This document shows positions 61,964-64,000 of a stretch of 64,000 bases of DNA, piece after piece. Each line of letters opens with the position of its first letter. Position 1 is the stretch's first letter. The notes beneath the pieces were generated by a model. The model was not told the DNA's origin and did not search any database. It saw only the letters and a program-made list of their open reading frames with translations. Made by a program: the position numbers and the translations under genes. Source of the stretch: Phoronis australis (lineage: Eukaryota > Animalia > Phoronida); assembly GCA_002633005.1 (NCBI GenBank), contig NMRA01000461.1, forward strand, positions 1 through 64,000, in the 5' to 3' direction.

Positions 61964-64000
61964 TATATCCAGAATTAAACAATGCATACCTGATCCAACG
62001 GGCAGGATCACATTTCTCTCAGTTCTTATCTCCNCTTCAGAACAATTTACTGTGGATTTTGTAGAGAATGAACAACAAGTACCCACAAGGGTCGCCATTC
62101 TTGGGTCTTCCTTCCCTTGTACTCTCAAAACTAAAATTCTTGTTGTAATTTCAGTTAAACTCTTATTATTTTTTTCGAATATAACTTTATTCTACACATA
62201 ATTCATTATGAAGAATGATGCACAGACAAATTGTAATTTTATGCTCTGTTTCTGTTAAAATACACAATTTGATGAGTTTTGGTATGTCACATGACATCGA
62301 CCTTCGCTGATAATTGCCAAGGCAATTATACGAAAGTGCCTCCGAATAAAGTCGGATTGTCAAAAAAGGATGAATTATCCCACAGTTCAAATAGTAATAC
62401 GGTGAACAATAAAGTTTTTTTTTGTACTAAGACACCATTTTTTAAATAGAATTTGGAACCACTTTTTCGTAATCGGACTTCTACTATCGGAAAACTTCGG
62501 GATTTACTAAGCCTAACCAAGGCCTAACTGAAGTGACTGTTCGGTCAATTTTAGTGCGTCAACAAAAAATTGAGATGAAATACAAATTCACACAGATGCT
62601 CAACGAAATCAATTCCCAAGCACAGCAATGGCTTCAATTCCACTAATTATGATCATTCAAACTCACAAACTGGCTTCCAGCACTGTGACTGTTGGCATTA
62701 TTTTTGTCTTTTTGGACATCCTTGTCCTGTGTGTGAAAAAACCACGACGGAAGGTATTTATTATTTTTTTTATAGAATGACTCCAGATAAAAACAGACGT
62801 GATTTAGTTAATCATATGTGAGTACCAATTAGTGTGCAAAGTATCAACTTAATTGATGAAAGTGCCTCCGCCAACATTTTGCAATTTTGCAGGTTTTCTC
62901 AGATAATGCCTCTTAAGTCAGTTTCTTGGAACAGGCCCCTCGTCTTTATTCAAGATTGTTTACAAGTCACCACGTTATCACTTAACCACCAACAAATTAA
63001 CGAACTACTGTTTTAAAAGCCTTCTTGTGTCATCGGGATTCTGACGTCTCATTTATGTTAAATAAAAGTAACAGACCACCCTGCATCGAGGCACAGCAGT
63101 TCCCACCATCAAACACTTGTGCGAAAGGCGTGTTTTGAAACGACATACTGTTCAGTGGCTTTCAATTTACCGTCATTCCCGAACGAAGGTAAATATTTTT
63201 TGGTGCTGAAACTGATCCGAATTTTCAAAATCCTTCGCCTCTAGTGGAGACCTAAAAATGTCTGATTACGCCTATCGACAACGTGTTTTTCTTGGTGGTT
63301 GCTAGTTTCATGACACGCCATAGGTGTTCAGATGTTACTGGGAGCAAACCCCGCAGATACATCCACCAGAATGTTTAAACGACATTTCCCTATAAACAGT
63401 TATATTTTAAACCTGCATAAACTTTACTCATTCAGAACATAGTTTGAGCTTAATATGAATATTTTTTTATGAACCTAACTCCATCCGAAATGATGCAATG
63501 CCAAAATCACTTTTCCAAATCGGAAAGAAAAGTAAGGCACTACCTTTGGATTCAGAGTTGACAGACCATCATCTCAAAAACGTCAGTTCTGGTTTCGCGT
63601 ATTTCAGATTGAAAAAGAGGACTATAATCAAAATTCACTTTAGTAGCGTTGAGTTTCAGAAAATTTAAGTTGCTAGGTTCATGGTTTGAAGTTCCAGTTG
63701 AAGAGGGGGCGGTTGCAGGCCCCAAAGCGTAAGGATTTTGTTTTAAGACCATTTAGTACAAGAACTTTGCCGTTAAAATCAAGACTTCGGCTTTGTTTCG
63801 AGGACTGTTGATGTCTTCGCTTTGCTATCAAAGTTGTCCACTAAATGGCCTTCAAAAGAAAATCCTGGACAGGGTTGTGTAGCCACTAGAATAATACAAC
63901 AGAAGATGAAAAAAATATTCTTGAAACCTGTAGCTGTTTCCGAGAAAATCACAATTTTACAAAAAGCTATCGTTTTCTCCCATGAAGTGACTTTGTAGCA

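Larger units (their letters stand above)
55874..62912 (-). mobile_element. Sola3-like DNA transposon (non-autonomous, about 7 kb including the gap)
   Basis: TTAA TSD (55870-55873, 62913-62916), GAG...CTC termini, perfect 25-bp TIR GAGGCATTATCTGAGAAAACCTGCA plus a shared GGCGGAGGCA; internal G[WF]ALK-domain remnant. Confidence 0.75.
55652..62938. mobile_element. Harbinger-type MITE (same family as 16057-16263) split by the Sola3-like insertion
   Basis: Left part GGGCCCGTTCCACCAAAACTGACTTAGC at 55652-55873; right part TTAAGTCAGTTTCTTGGAACAGGCCC at 62913-62938; TSD CTC/CTC. Confidence 0.8.

Overview
This is eukaryotic, intron-rich, AT-rich animal DNA, probably from a marine invertebrate deuterostome such as a hemichordate or echinoderm (inference only). 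Most ORFs in the supplied track are spurious. Two divergently transcribed spliced genes can be rebuilt by hand with GT-AG boundaries and consistent phases. (1) An FBXL6-like F-box/LRR gene lies on the minus strand: ATG at 9851, five clear coding exons down to 2954, and a probable sixth exon at 1102 that runs straight into a repeat. (2) A complete secreted astacin metalloprotease lies on the plus strand (15044-40821, 13-14 exons, about 640-667 aa) with signal peptide, prodomain, astacin, EGF, CUB and MAM domains. The rest is a dense, nested transposon landscape. It includes a ~7 kb TTAA-targeted GAG...CTC Sola3-like element that sits inside a Harbinger-type MITE, keeps only a frameshifted C-terminal transposase domain, and carries a 1.8 kb GC-rich foldback. 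There are also Kolobok-like TTAA elements (one with a THAP remnant), two L1/Tx1 relics (one with a 15-bp TSD), a CR1/L2-type tail, a pogo/mariner-like TA element, HINE/DINE-1-like repeats, two long hairpin MITEs, and mini- and microsatellites. No CRISPR, rRNA or tRNA was recognised. There are two N gaps (14528-14672, 56609-57333). All family assignments come from motif recognition, not database searches.
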